A DNA stretch of 64,000 nt from Lytechinus pictus (taxonomy: Eukaryota), in the NCBI RefSeq assembly GCF_037042905.1, contig NC_087251.1, positions 40,612,001 through 40,676,000 on the forward strand, written 5' to 3'. Shown one piece after another: positions 41,293 through 53,660 of the stretch (the stretch's first letter is position 1; every line of letters begins with the position of its first letter). The notes under the pieces were generated by a model. The model worked only from the letters and a program-made list of their open reading frames with translations. It was not told the DNA's origin and did not search any database. The position numbers and the translations under genes are program-made.

Positions 41293-42597
41293 AACTGACG
41301 GCCACGGATCCATTGCGGTTTTCCTATCGGGATGCCACCGTGCCTGGCCGTCCGCTTGGCCAATTTTTTTAGGTCGTCACGGAATTCTTCTGCTATGTAT
41401 AATTATAATCAGAGTCGGTGATTTCTAATTCTACCTTTATATCCGCAATAATCAATCGGCACAAGCAGGAAAGAAATGTTGGATCGTGTATAATGGGGTA
41501 AAGCCTTAAAACACACATCTATAATTGCAATATTAGGTTCCCCATATATAAGGATTTACAAAAAGTTTATTGAAACAGTTATTAAAATGACTATCTCTTC
41601 CCAGAACAATCATGGCAACCGTATCATGTTCATAAAATATACGAATTACGCATTTTTGTTTGATAATTCATAGACCCCTCAACATAATATACGATTTCTA
41701 CATAGTATATGTTCCCAGACCCTAGAAGCTCTCTACGACATTATTTAGGTGCAATTTCGCAAGCAATTTAAGTAGAGTTTTATTGCCATCACACGGGACG
41801 CAACTCATATACGCATACACAAATAAGAAAATGTATTTTCCATTGTCGAGTAGGTTGAACCTTGCGAGCATTTTGATAAGGATGAAGTATACATGACAAG
41901 AACCTAGACTATTCGTGAGGATCAAACTTGCACCCCCATCACTTTTTTTATCAACCTGTGCACGAGTCTAAAATATGAAATAAAAATTAGTTTAAAAATA
42001 AGTGGATAGGCTATATAATTTGGAAGCCATCTATAAGTTGATACTTCAGGAATACCAGTTGACAATCACCATGTAATACTGCAATTTTTGTTTACATCTA
42101 TAAACCTACAACAAATAACACGTGGCAGCGACACTTTCCTTGGTACAAAACAAATAAAACAAACCCCAAATGGCAACAAAGTGATTGCACGCCTATACGG
42201 TAAACTGTAATTCGTATTCGAATACAAAATGACTTACTGATACTTTACCATTGATTGATCTCAACTCCGATTGATTATCATTTAAATGGCAACGATAACA
42301 TAGCTCTATGAATGTGTTATATAATTAATTTGTTCTTTCTTTATTGAAGGTCAATCCATGTTTATTTTACGGCCCTATATTCTTTGGTAGATTGTTATAA
42401 GAGGGATAATGGAAGAACGGTAGAGAGATTGTGTTTCAGCCTTTATACCACTTCCATTTTTCATAAAATAAGCTTTTCACAGAACTTTTGTGACTTCTTT
42501 AACTTTATTGATTGCATTTCATTTTCATCACAAATATTGCATCAAATCTAATAACGTCGAAGATCACTGACGTTTCTAAATCAGACCATTACTCATA

Positions 42598-43017
42598 CAC
42601 AGTAAAATCACTATTTGCATTTTTATGCAACGCTGTTTACTATATGAACTTTTTTTTTTCTTTCAATCTTTATTGATCAAAAAATAAATCACAGTACAAA
42701 TCAAACAAATCAACAAGCTATTTACATGATTAAACAGAGCAGCACTTACGTACATAGGTATATACTTGTCAAGACAGATACATAAAACAAATTAGATATC
42801 AAATCTCCACTTTTTAAAATGTACAGTTTACTATATGAACTTTACAACTGTCGTTTAAAAGTTTAAACAACCATGCTTATTTCATTGAAGATTATATATC
42901 AAACATTAAACTTTGTCGTTTAACATTCGAACACTTGTTTTAAATGTTAGACGACTCTGTAAAGTTCATATATTAACCAGAGTTGTAAAAAAGTTTGAAC
43001 AGCAGTAATGCAGTATA
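42598..43017. mobile_element. CACAG-type MITE (related copy at 48935-49140)
   Basis: CACAGTAAAA start; shared TAAACAACCATGC, AACACTTGTTT and GTTCATATA with 48935-49140. Confidence 0.5.
42653..42825 (-). mobile_element. 5'-truncated L1/Tx1-type LINE insertion
   Basis: Minus strand HFKKWRFDI* (HxxKW C-terminus), AATAAA and poly-A; 18-bp TSD GTTTACTATATGAACTTT (42635-42652, 42826-42843). Confidence 0.8.
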
Positions 43018-43296
43018 CACTGTAAGACTGAAATTAATGATTCACATGGAACTAAAGGCCTGGTCACACCGCCCGAGCGTTGTTGGAGCGGTCGTGGAGC
43101 GGTATAGGAGAGAGGGTCGAATTTCGACAACGCTCGTCACCGCTCACAAAATCGAAAACATGGGCGTTGCCTTAGCGGTGCACCGCTGAAGCCAGCGTAG
43201 CTTTAGCGTTGGTTTAACGGTGGCGAGCGGTCGCGAGCGTTGGTTTAGTGGTGACTCGAGCGTTGATAGAGCGGAGTTCTGCGCATGCGGGCGTCG

Positions 43297-44205
43297 CACA
43301 GTGGACCAGAATGAGTTGAAAGTGCGCCAAAATTATTTTCCGTGTTATATTTTTACTTTAACATGTAGAATAAAGGTAATTTTGGGCGTAGAATCGGCTG
43401 AACATAATTTAAAGCCCATATGACGTCACGTTGATACCAAATTTTGATTGGCTGCTTAAAACCTATCTGTGAAAAGAAAAATTACGCTAAACAATGTGAA
43501 GTATATAAACTTTGTGTTATGTGTTACTTTAAGATTGATCAGAGTGAATGTTGGTTTATGCTTCTCACATGCCTAAAAAGTGTGTATGAGATCCTGAAAA
43601 TAATTTTATGGCATCAAAATGATCATTAGATTAAAAAAATACTTTAAAATCTGAAAAATATTAACCGTGCTTTATCAAGCTGTGTAGACTTGGTTAAAAC
43701 GCAGAGTATATAACACAACGAATGTTTTACTATGATGAGGGTTTTTGGCTGAAATTATTCTACGAGTAACTTTTATCTCTGGAAGAGGGCTGGGTAGCCC
43801 TTATATGCGTTATCAACCTTCATTTGTTTACATTATGCCCGGAATTTCATGGAATGGAAGGGGAATCTTCCCCGCCGTGCAAAATTGCACGAATGAACGG
43901 CAATGTGCACCCCACACAGTGCGCTGCGATGACTGCACGGTATAAAAATGACCGTTTTTGAACAGGTTTTTGGGGGTGATGTCTCAAGTAAAATCGGCTC
44001 TGACATAAAAACGGGCAGCTAAATTTGGTATCGACTTAAAGCTTATAGACACTGAGGGAAATGATGATGATAGAATTTAAACGGAAATCCACGGAAATCA
44101 AAACGTTTATCATGTAAATGCAAAAAACATGGATTATCAGCCCATTTCGATTCCAAATGAGCTCCTTATTCATTTCTACCCGTATTTATAGCCAAATTCT
44201 GGTAC
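43297..44205. mobile_element. Transib-like non-autonomous element, right end clipped
   Basis: Starts CACAGTGGACCAGAAT; ends AATTCTGGTAC, a partial inverted match. Confidence 0.5.
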
Positions 44206-44214
44206 CGCTCCGAT

Positions 44215-47144
44215 GGTTCTAGGACAACTACCCCCTGGACAATCACCCCCCGGACAACTACCCCCCGGACAATTACCCCCCGAGGACAATTACCCCCCGG
44301 ACAATTACCCCCCGGACAATTACCCCCCGAGGACAACTACCCCCCGAGGACAATTACCCCCCGGACAACTACCCCCCGGACAACTACCCCCCGGACAACT
44401 ACCCCCCGGACAACTACCCCCCGGACAATTACCCCCCGGACAATTACCCCCCGGACAATTACCCCCCGAGGACAACTACCCCCCGGACAACTACCCCCCG
44501 GACAATTACCCCCCAGACAATTACCTTCAGAAAATCCCCCCTTCTCTCCAGCATCAATGTTAGAATTAAGCGGGACCCATTGTAAGTTTTGGTCGGTGGC
44601 GCAGCTTTCCGAAATATTTTCTACTTCATCTTACGTGTATAACTTTTTCTTTCTCTTTTATCTATTGCTCTTTCTCCTGTTCTCTCACTTTCTTCTTTTT
44701 TCCTTTTTTGTTTAGCGGCGCCTTCTGCATCATGAAAAATGGGAGGGGGGGGGGGCTTGCACCCGAAACCTCCCGTTTGGCTATGCATATATACATCAGA
44801 AAATTTGTAAACTGGCCCTCATTCTAAGTTTTCATAGAACAATTGAACACGATGAGTCATAATAATCACAAATGCTGAATATTTTTGATTCGAACTGATC
44901 TGATCTTTTTGAATATTTATTTTGGGTTTAATTTCAGGTGAGAAATCAGGCAAATAGATAAATCGTTAAAAAAACACCTTTATAGGTAGAAATATTGAAA
45001 GTCGATAACGCAACTATGAACACTAACACTGTCAAGTAGACCTATTAATCTGTTTTTTTTAACAGTTCAACTAACAAGAAGCTAAGAATTATGAAACAAT
45101 TGGACTTTGGTGCACATTCCAGATTAAGATGTGGCTTTATAACTTAATACAGTAAGCTAAAAAACTTAAAGCAAAGATAATACACACAAGAACACCTTGT
45201 AAATTACAAGGTGTTTTTGTGTGTAGTATTCTTGGGTGAAAGCAATTAAACATTAAAGAAGGAAATTAAGTACCAAATTTACTAAATTGTAAACAATATG
45301 ACATATTCAAATACAGTGTTTTTTGTATACAAATTGACAATCATGATGGTAAACAATTCGTTTAAGGTGCATTTTAAGGACGGTTTGTAAGAATTTATAA
45401 AGAAGTAGGCCTATGCAAATCAAATAATGCGACCGCGCACCGTGAGCTGAAAATATTAATATTTAGACCATAAAACGGACATTTTACAGAGCACTTGAAA
45501 AATCAATTTGCAAATTTTCAAATAATGAAAGCTCGATATCCGAGATGAAATATGTTTTGTATATTGGCTTCGAAACTTGATATTTTAAGCTCCATATCAG
45601 CCTATATTGAGCAAGATATTAATCTCATCGAAAAAGCAATGCGAGCGCGAAGCGTGAACGGAAAATACTTGATATGCCGGTATGAAAATGGTGAATTTGA
45701 GCACTATCTAAAGCATTGTGTAGGGAAATTGTGAAGTAGATTTGGAAAGCACTTAATAAATGATGCGAGTGTGAAGCGCGAGCTGATATCTTCATTATTA
45801 TTTTGACCTAGGACCTGGACATTCTATAGGTCTAAGGACATTTTGTCATCATATGAAAATGATGACAACTTTCTTATTCCTCTTCCTGAGTGCGATATGA
45901 AACATATGAAACTGTGATATTGTCGATATTCTTTCCTGAAAAGGGACAATTTAGTCATTAAGAATTCATGAAAATTTTATTATCATATTTATTAATGTAT
46001 AAGCCTAAATGAGTGAGTAAAATGTGTTGATACTGAGGCCTGAAAACTTGATATTTTAAGCACTTTTGTAATCATGAATAGGATTTGTGAGTTGATATAT
46101 TTTTAACAAAAATGCGAGCGCAAATCGTATGTCGAAATTTTTGGTAAACTGTCATAAAAGGGGGGTTTTAAGTAGTTTGTTATATAATTTGGCAAATCAA
46201 ATAATGCGAGCGCACAGCGCAATTTGCAAGTTATATTCACACCATAAAACGAACATGAAACAGAGCACTTAAAAATCAGTTTGTAAATCAAACTAAATTA
46301 TGAATAATGTCCGAGCTGAAATATGCTTTGTAATATCAACTTCAAAACTTGACATTTTAAGCTACATATCAGCCTATTTAGCAAAATGTGTATCTCATCG
46401 AACAGGCTATGCGAGCCCGAAGCGCGAGCGAAAAAAATAATAAAGTGACATGAAATATATTTTTAAATCATTTTCCAAGTCATCCCCTGACCTTTTTTTT
46501 CACTCGTCTCCCTCTTATTTTAACTCTTATTTTTCCTCCTTTCTTTCCCCTTCTTTTTCTTTTTTTCTTTCCCCCTTTTTTTTCTTCATTTTTTTGCTCT
46601 GCCGATAGGGGGGGGGGGCGGGCCCCTCAACCCCTGGATCTGCCTATGGATGGAGCTCAATTTTACAGCTTTCTTACGGCGTACGTTTGATTCCAAGATA
46701 CTCGAGAATGCCTTGAGTACTTCTTACATCAAACGTATGGCCGACGTATGACTCTGTGCACTCCCTTTGTCTAGGGGTAATTGTCCGGGGGGTAGTTGTC
46801 CGGGGAGTAGTTGTCCGGGGGGTAGTTGTCCGGGGGGTAGTTGTCCGGGGGGTAGTTGTCCGGGGGGTAATTGTCCGGGGGGTAATTGTCCGGGGGGTAG
46901 TTGTCCGGGGGGTAGTTGTCCGGGGAGTAATTGTCCGGGGGGTAATTGTCCGGGGGGTAGTTGTCCGGGGGGTAGTTGTCCGGGGGGTAATTGTCCGGGG
47001 GGTAATTGTCCTCGGGGGGTAGTTGTCCTCAGGGGGTAATTGTCCGGGGGGTAATTGTCCGGGGGGTAATTGTCCTCGGGGGGTAATTGTCCGGGGGGTA
47101 GTTGTCCGGGGGGTGATTGTCCAGGGGGTAGTTGTCCTGATACC
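44215..47144. mobile_element. Mutator-like foldback element with 15-bp tandem-repeat TIRs
   Basis: Perfect 9-bp TSD CGCTCCGAT (44206-44214, 47145-47153); arms of (GGACAA(C/T)TACCCCCC)n at 44222-44525 and inverted at 46772-47138. Confidence 0.9.
45400..46647. mobile_element. hAT-like element Y fragment inside the MULE
   Basis: GCGAGCGCGAAGCGCGAGC-type motifs; ends CCCCTGGATCTGCCTATG like 57397. Confidence 0.7.
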
Positions 47145-47961
47145 CGCTCCGATACCTCCATACCAACGCTAAACCAAGGTTCATCACCGCAATGGATCGC
47201 TACTTTAACGCCCAGCACCGTTCCAGCAATCCCGTGTCCGCTCGGAAAACGCTTACAACCGCTCCACCAAAGTTTGTGAACCGTTTAATCACCGGCCGGG
47301 CAACGCTGGCGAAGCAGCGGTTGTCCAGCGTTCAAGATTTCTGCGTTGGCCTAGCGGACCCAAGCGTTCACGAACTTTCGTCTAGCGGTGCCAAACTTTG
47401 ACTGGGCGTTGTTAGAGCGGTAGTCGACTTTGCTCCAACAACGCTCGGGCAGTGTGACCAGGCCTTTAGCATCTTTGCCGGTCATCGTCTTGTGTTTCCA
47501 TATTATTATTTTTTTACTATTCTTCTCTTTAAAAGTTTATTTCTATACCCCTTTTTTTCCATAGTATATGAGTATGAGATCAGTTCGATTCTGGACATGT
47601 AGGTCGTAGACAACGTCATCACGAGCATGCCAATGATTGCTCAACTTTAAACTTTAAAATGGGCGGAGTCATTTCGCGAGCATTATCTGTGTGATTGAAA
47701 TCAAAATTGATTGCAGACATTCTAATTTATTTCGAATATACAAAGAATATGAAGGAAAATTATCATTATTACTGGCATGACTGGATTCTTTTTTTCCTTT
47801 TGCGCAATGGCATGATCTCAATGGTACAACTCAATGTTCGTTGTGATAGACCTTTTCAAGAAAAAATAAATAAAATCAGAATTATACCACTATTACAAAT
47901 CACATTTTCCTTTTTCAAAGTAACATTAAAATTTTTCATGGGTTGATATGGTTGCATTTAT

Positions 47962-48336
47962 CGCATACATTCGTAATTCCGAAGCTTCGTTATTCCGAAG
48001 GTTCGGATATTCCGAAGGTTCGTTATTCCGAAGGTTCATATTTCCGAAGGTTCGTAATTCCGAAGGTTCGTAAGTCCGAAAACGAAGTGAGGTTCGTAAT
48101 TCCGAAGGTTCGTTAATCCGAAAACGAAACGAGGTTCGAAATTCCGAAGGTTCGTTAGTCCGAAAAACGAAATGATTAACGAACCTTTTTTCGTTTTCGG
48201 ACTAACGAACCTTCGGAATAACGCCACAAATGTTCGGATTAACGAACCCTTTTACGTTTTCGGATTAACGAACATCGAGGTATAGGCAATTTACGTGTTT
48301 CGGAATTACGAACCTTCGGAATTACGAAGTGTAACC
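47962..48336. mobile_element. Mutator-like MITE with TTCCGAAGGTTCG repeat TIRs
   Basis: CGCATACATTCGTAATTCCGAAG ... CTTCGGAATTACGAAGTGTAACC; GCATTTAT direct repeat flanks. Confidence 0.85.
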
Positions 48337-49096
48337 GCATTTATTACTTTTAGTCCCATTATTGGAAAATGTTTAAATGACTAAACAAGAAACTTGTGTG
48401 TTTCGGCTTTATATTGGGTTAGCAAACATACCCCATAAACAAATTGAATTCTCAATATTAATCTAATTAATTTTGGGCTAATTGTTTTATATTCTAAATG
48501 TTATAATTTAAAAATATGATTCATGAGACCTGTTATTGAAGAAGTGAGTGAACTTGCATAAGAATGTGCTATATAGAAGACCGATTATCATCTTTTGAGG
48601 CGTTATGATTATATTTACTTTATCGTCAATTATCTTTGATATTTGTGTACAAAGTCTAAATAATTCAGAAATCAGTGACTATTATCTACTGGCCATAAAC
48701 CGGGTAGAACATTGACTTCTGGATTATACTTTTAACCTCCTCCTTGCATAACAAGATTTAAAAAAAAAAGACAATTAAGGGGTAAAAGTGATTCATGTAT
48801 AGCAAATGGAGAGAAGGGTTAAAATTCCTAATTATTGGCAAAATATACCAAATAAATTGATATTGGGCTCAAAAAGGAAAATGAATTAATACCCCTTCCC
48901 GCCCCTATTATATCAGAAAAAAATATGTGTCATGCACAGTAAAAACGTTGTTGAAAATGTATACGAAGCTGTTTACTATCAACATGTACAGTAGTTGTTT
49001 TGCAGGTTAAACAACCATGCTGAATTTATTGGGAATGGAATATAAAAAAAATAAACGTAGCTGTTAAAGATTTTAAACACTTGTTTAAACTGTCAA

Positions 49097-50671
49097 AACA
49101 GCTACCGTAAGGTTCATATAAACAGCATTGTATAACATTATGAGTAATAATCTTTGCTCTGTCAGCAGTTTGCACGCGACACAATGTGAAAACAAGAAAT
49201 ATTCGTTTGTCAGCAAATATTGGCATTATTAATGATACATGTACACCCTTATAGCGAAAAAGATATCTTCATTGATAATGGTTGTTAGCGTATGGTACTG
49301 ACCCTTGACTCAGAGATCGATTAGCAGCAATTGATCCTTATGCAGGTTTATTGATAAATATCTCATGGCATGAAGATGAACATGGAGCGCTCTTGAAATA
49401 TTGATAATTTTACTAACAACGTGAATTTATATTCACATTTCCTTTTCCTTTCTCTTTTTTTTCTTCTTCTTCTACTCCTTCTTTTTTGGGGTCGTCAATG
49501 GCGAAGGCCCTATTCCTCCTCGATTTGGCTATGTATATAGAGGATAAAAAGGAGCTATGGTGAGGGAAAGAAGAAAGATGGAAGAAGAGGAGCGAAGAAA
49601 AGTGAAAGAATAAAATACAGGAAGAGGAGAAAAGAGGAGATTCAGATTCTCTCCAAACAGTGATATCATACCGATTTTACGTTGCATTGAAGTATTAAAG
49701 GGATGGTCCAGGCTGGAAATATTTATATCTCAATAAAAAAGGGTAAAATTCACAGAGCAAAATGCTGAAAATTTCATCAAAATCGGATAACATAACGAAG
49801 TTGTTGAATTTTAAAGACTTGCATTATTCCGGTGGAACAGTTCTAGGCATGTCTTTATGAATATTCATTAGGTGGGCTGATGATGTCATATCCCCACTTG
49901 TTCTTTTGTATTTTATCATATGAAATTACGTTTATTCAAAATTGTTATACCAAGAACTAAAACAATTGAATTGATAACTGATTAAGGGCATTAGTTATTA
50001 ATTGCCGCAACTTATTTCATCATAATGGAGACACATCATTTACACATGTATGAAAAAATGAAACATTTATGATTTCATGTAATAGCATAAGAAAAAGGAA
50101 AGTGGGGATGTGATATCATCAGCCCACCTAATGAATATTCATGACGATGTGCATATAACTGTTTTCACAAAATATTGATAAATATTGAAATTCAATATTA
50201 TTTGTTATCCGATTTTTATGAAATTTTCAGCATTTTACTTTGGTGAATTTTACTCTTATATATTTAGATATAAGTATTTTCAGCCCGGACCATCCCTTTG
50301 AATTACAAAAATATATATGAACCAAAATATCATTACTGCATTTTGTTAGTCTACAAAGTTGGAATCTCTTTATTTATGGGATCGCAGATTCAATTTTCTT
50401 TTAATGATCGGTGATACTCTTTATTTTATTGTTATCATCTCAATAATCTTAAATTGAACCGTCAATTTCAATGGCTATAGAAATAATAATGATAGCATTC
50501 CAACCAAACCAACTCTGAACAGGTAAAACATTATGAAAAAAAAAAGAAAACCTTTTTAGGAATTTAAATTGATGAGTGAATATAATGTAACCTTTCTCAA
50601 ATTCGTCTCGGTACATTGATTGATAGATTGATTTATTCATGCATTATCATGCCCATCAGCAAAGTAAATAC
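49097..50671 (+). repeat. Local segmental duplication, copy C
   Basis: Collinear with copies A and B. Confidence 0.85.
49699..50297. mobile_element. Kolobok-like MITE K2, full length
   Basis: TTAA|AGGGATGGTCCAGGCTG ... CAGCCCGGACCATCCCT|TTGA; empty paralogous site GAAGTATTAAATTACAAAA at ~40613-40631. Confidence 0.9.
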
Positions 50672-51400
50672 TGTCACGTTTTAAGAGTAAAAAAGAGAGC
50701 TGTTTAAGTGATTGGTTAACATTGGTTTGACTTTTAAAAAATCTGAGCGAGAAGGTCACACTTGTCACCTGTGTCTGTGATATGTTACAAAAATGAAGCC
50801 CAGAAAAAATTGCGTTCGAAAATAATTTTTTTATTTAGTGCTTCAAAAATTGAAATATAAAGTGACCGTAAACACCATCTTAATTTCATCCCATACACAT
50901 ATGTGTACTATTTTAGGCGTCTATAAGAGCCTATTTACAAAATCGGTGTTTGCCTTGTAGTTTTAGCTTTTCATTCTCAATAATGGTTGTTTTCAGGGTT
51001 TATTAGTTCTAATACATGCACTTGTACACATGTTTCATCTTGGTTTGATAATTTTTTTTAATCGGCTGCTCACAAAGTTAAACAATACCTTTAAGCTTTG
51101 CCTTGGGTTCGGAAATCTTAATAATGCTGATCCTTTTAAAGTCGTTGTCTTGGTGGCATGGGCAATTAAAACGCGGAAGAAATTGCGTTTTACGAATGTA
51201 ATTTTTATTTGAATTTCCACGCTTTGCCACTTTGCCCTTAGTCTAATTCTAGACGATTTCAATTTTCTATTATCCGTCGTATCGACTATCCCGCGCAAAT
51301 CTGAGAACCTGTACATTTTTTTTAGTACAGGTTATCGGATTTGCTCGCTCACTCAGCTTGGGCGTACGCACGGGATAGTAGGCCTACGACCAGCCTACGA

Positions 51401-51835
51401 CCCGGGGGCGGACCCGGGGGGGGGGGCAGTCAAATATATTGCTGTACACACGCGTGACCACAAAACGCGTTTGAAGGGGTGTTTTTTTTTTCAGTTTTGG
51501 ACGCGGGCCAAAAAAAGGGGTAGTTAAACAAAAAATGGTCAAAGGTCAATCGCAGAGTCAAACGTATTTAGGGTATGTTTTTTTTCAAAGCTTTTTTTTT
51601 TAGACTAGCCAAACGTGTTTAGGGTATGTTTTTCCCCCAAGCTTTTATCCCTGGGGTCATAATCTGGCGACAACTTGTTTAGGGGCCAAAATGTGTAAAT
51701 AATTTAAGGCCGCGAAAAACTTGTTTAGGGGGTTATTTTGCACACAGAGAAAAACTCGTTTAGGGGGTGTTTGGAAATAATTTGGCCACGCGTGTGTACA
51801 GCAATACATTTGACTGCCCCCCCCCCCCCCCCGGG
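51401..51835. mobile_element. CCCGGG-terminated MITE
   Basis: Arms GGCAGTCAAATATATTGCTGTACACACGCGTG / CACGCGTGTGTACAGCAATACATTTGACTGCC; CCTACGA flanks both sides. Confidence 0.8.
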
Positions 51836-52359
51836 CCTACGATACGACGGAGAATATAAAACATGAAATCGTTTAGAACTAGACTACTTTGCCCCATGCC
51901 TAATACCCTAATGGAGATAGGTTTGTACAGCTGTCCGGGAAGGGGTGTGATCGATCATCGTTGGTGGACAGCCAATAGATTAAATAAATGTCATGATACC
52001 CGACATTTTCTTGTATTAAAACTGCAATCTTGAGGATTCCGCAAGGCCGGAATTCAAAACCTGTGGGAATTTCCCAAAAAAATCTCCCCCCCCCCCCCGC
52101 ACCAGAGAGGAATAATCATGATAATGGTAGCCCTTATAAAACCATCCACCCCCTTCTGGATGGGGTTTTTCGATTCTGTGCCTTCGTGTGCTGTCGGTTA
52201 CACCAAAGTCGAGAACGTAAGGTGGTGCTGTAACCCCCCTCCCCTTCGTACTCGACAAGTATGAATGTATATATTTGAACATAATAAAAGAAAAATAAGT
52301 GACTGTGTTTTTGATGCGTTGAAAGGGGATCATGCTTCCATGGACGGTATGAATTTGAC

Positions 52360-52851
52360 GGTTACACTTCGTAATTCCGAAGGTTCGTAATTCCGAAGGT
52401 TCTTTATTCCGAAGGTTCGTAATTCCGAAACACGTAAATTGCCTATACCTCGATGTTCGTTAATCCGAAAACGTAAAAGGGTTCGTTAATCCGAACATTT
52501 GTGGCGTTATTCCGAAGGTTCGTTATTCCGAAGGTTCGATAATCCGAAAACGAATAAGGTACGTTGTTCCGAAGGTTCGTTAATCCGAAAACAAAATAAG
52601 GTTAGTTAATCATTTAGTTTTCGGACTAGCGAACCTTCGGAATTACGAACCTCATTTCTATTTCGGATTAACGAACCTTCGGACTTACGAACCTCACTTC
52701 GTTTTCGGACTAACGAACCTTCGGAATTACGAACCTCATTTCGTTTTCGGACTAACTAACCTTCGGAATTACGAACCTTCGGAATCATAACGAACCTTCG
52801 GAATATCCGAACCTTCGGAATAACGAAGCTTCGGAATTACGAATGTATGCG
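52360..52851. mobile_element. Mutator-like MITE (family of 47962-48336, opposite orientation)
   Basis: 9-bp TSD GAATTTGAC (52351-52359, 52852-52860). Confidence 0.85.
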
Positions 52852-53660
52852 GAATTTGACATCAGAGCATGCAATCTACCTTTTGGCCACCAAAATTACT
52901 TCAAATTGTCTGAAGCGTAGACTACCGATTCCAAGGCTCTGCTCGCACGTTTATATTCACATTGACAAACTATCATATAGGCCTACTATATACGCACCAC
53001 TTAATTGAATTAATAAAAGTCATTTAGGACTGGTAAAACCACCAACGTTTATCTAGCGGAGCAGTTGATGGTGAAGTCACAGACTACATGCGTTTGCCTT
53101 GCATTTTAGTTGTGGGAATATTAGACGGATTTTCCACCGTATTTCTGGCAGCTCTCATGTAACTCATTTTCAACATATACTATGTGCATTCTCTCAGGTA
53201 AATATAAAAGTTTATATTGATTTTTTTTAAGCATTACACCGTCATGACTGCTGAATGATCGTGAGAATTGTAGCTCCATGGTTGGATGAACCGTTCAGGT
53301 TCATTGTCCCATGACAAAAAGCTCACCGACAGCATATGCTGCAGTGTTGATATTTGTATAGAAAAACACGAATAAAAATCATTTTTGTCCTGTAGGTTGA
53401 ACTTACTGGCAGATACTACAGCCATGGATATTCTATTAGGACACGAGTCATTATACTCTGGTCCCAAGTTGACGAGATTTCCAAGACGTCGGAGTTGCAG
53501 TCACAATTGTCAATGCATTTTTTTTTACTATTGCTGACTCATGTACAAAAAATATATATATAGTCCATATATCGTGGTTGTTCGAGTAATTATTATACTT
53601 CACTCCGCATGCTACTACATCTGCAGATTGGAACCAGTTGAATGAAAAAGTTTATGTTCT

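Larger units (their letters stand above)
43056..47465. mobile_element. Harbinger-like element hosting nested insertions
   Basis: TIR AGGCCTGGTCACACCGCCCGAGCGTTGTTGGAGC / GCTCCAACAACGCTCGGGCAGTGTGACCAGGCCT; TWA flanks (TAA/TTA). Confidence 0.8.

Noticed and set aside
41297..41390. Argonaute/Piwi MID-domain assignment for the GIPIGKPQWI peptide
   Set aside because: The match is too short and no other Ago/Piwi exons occur in the proper order
43915..43953. RSS-like signal CACAGTG + 23 nt + AAAATGACC (RAG transposon hint)
   Set aside because: The nonamer matches only 6/9, there is no partner signal or RAG-like ORF, and it is explained as Transib-like or chance sequence
44213..47218. GQLPP-repeat, GGSCP-repeat and VVRG-repeat ORFs as collagen-like or metallothionein-like proteins
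   Set aside because: They are read-throughs of the 15-bp TIR repeats of a TSD-flanked transposon, mirrored on both strands
47962..52851. Composite transposon bounded by the two inverted TTCCGAAGG elements
   Set aside because: Each copy has its own separate TSD (GCATTTAT; GAATTTGAC), so they are independent insertions
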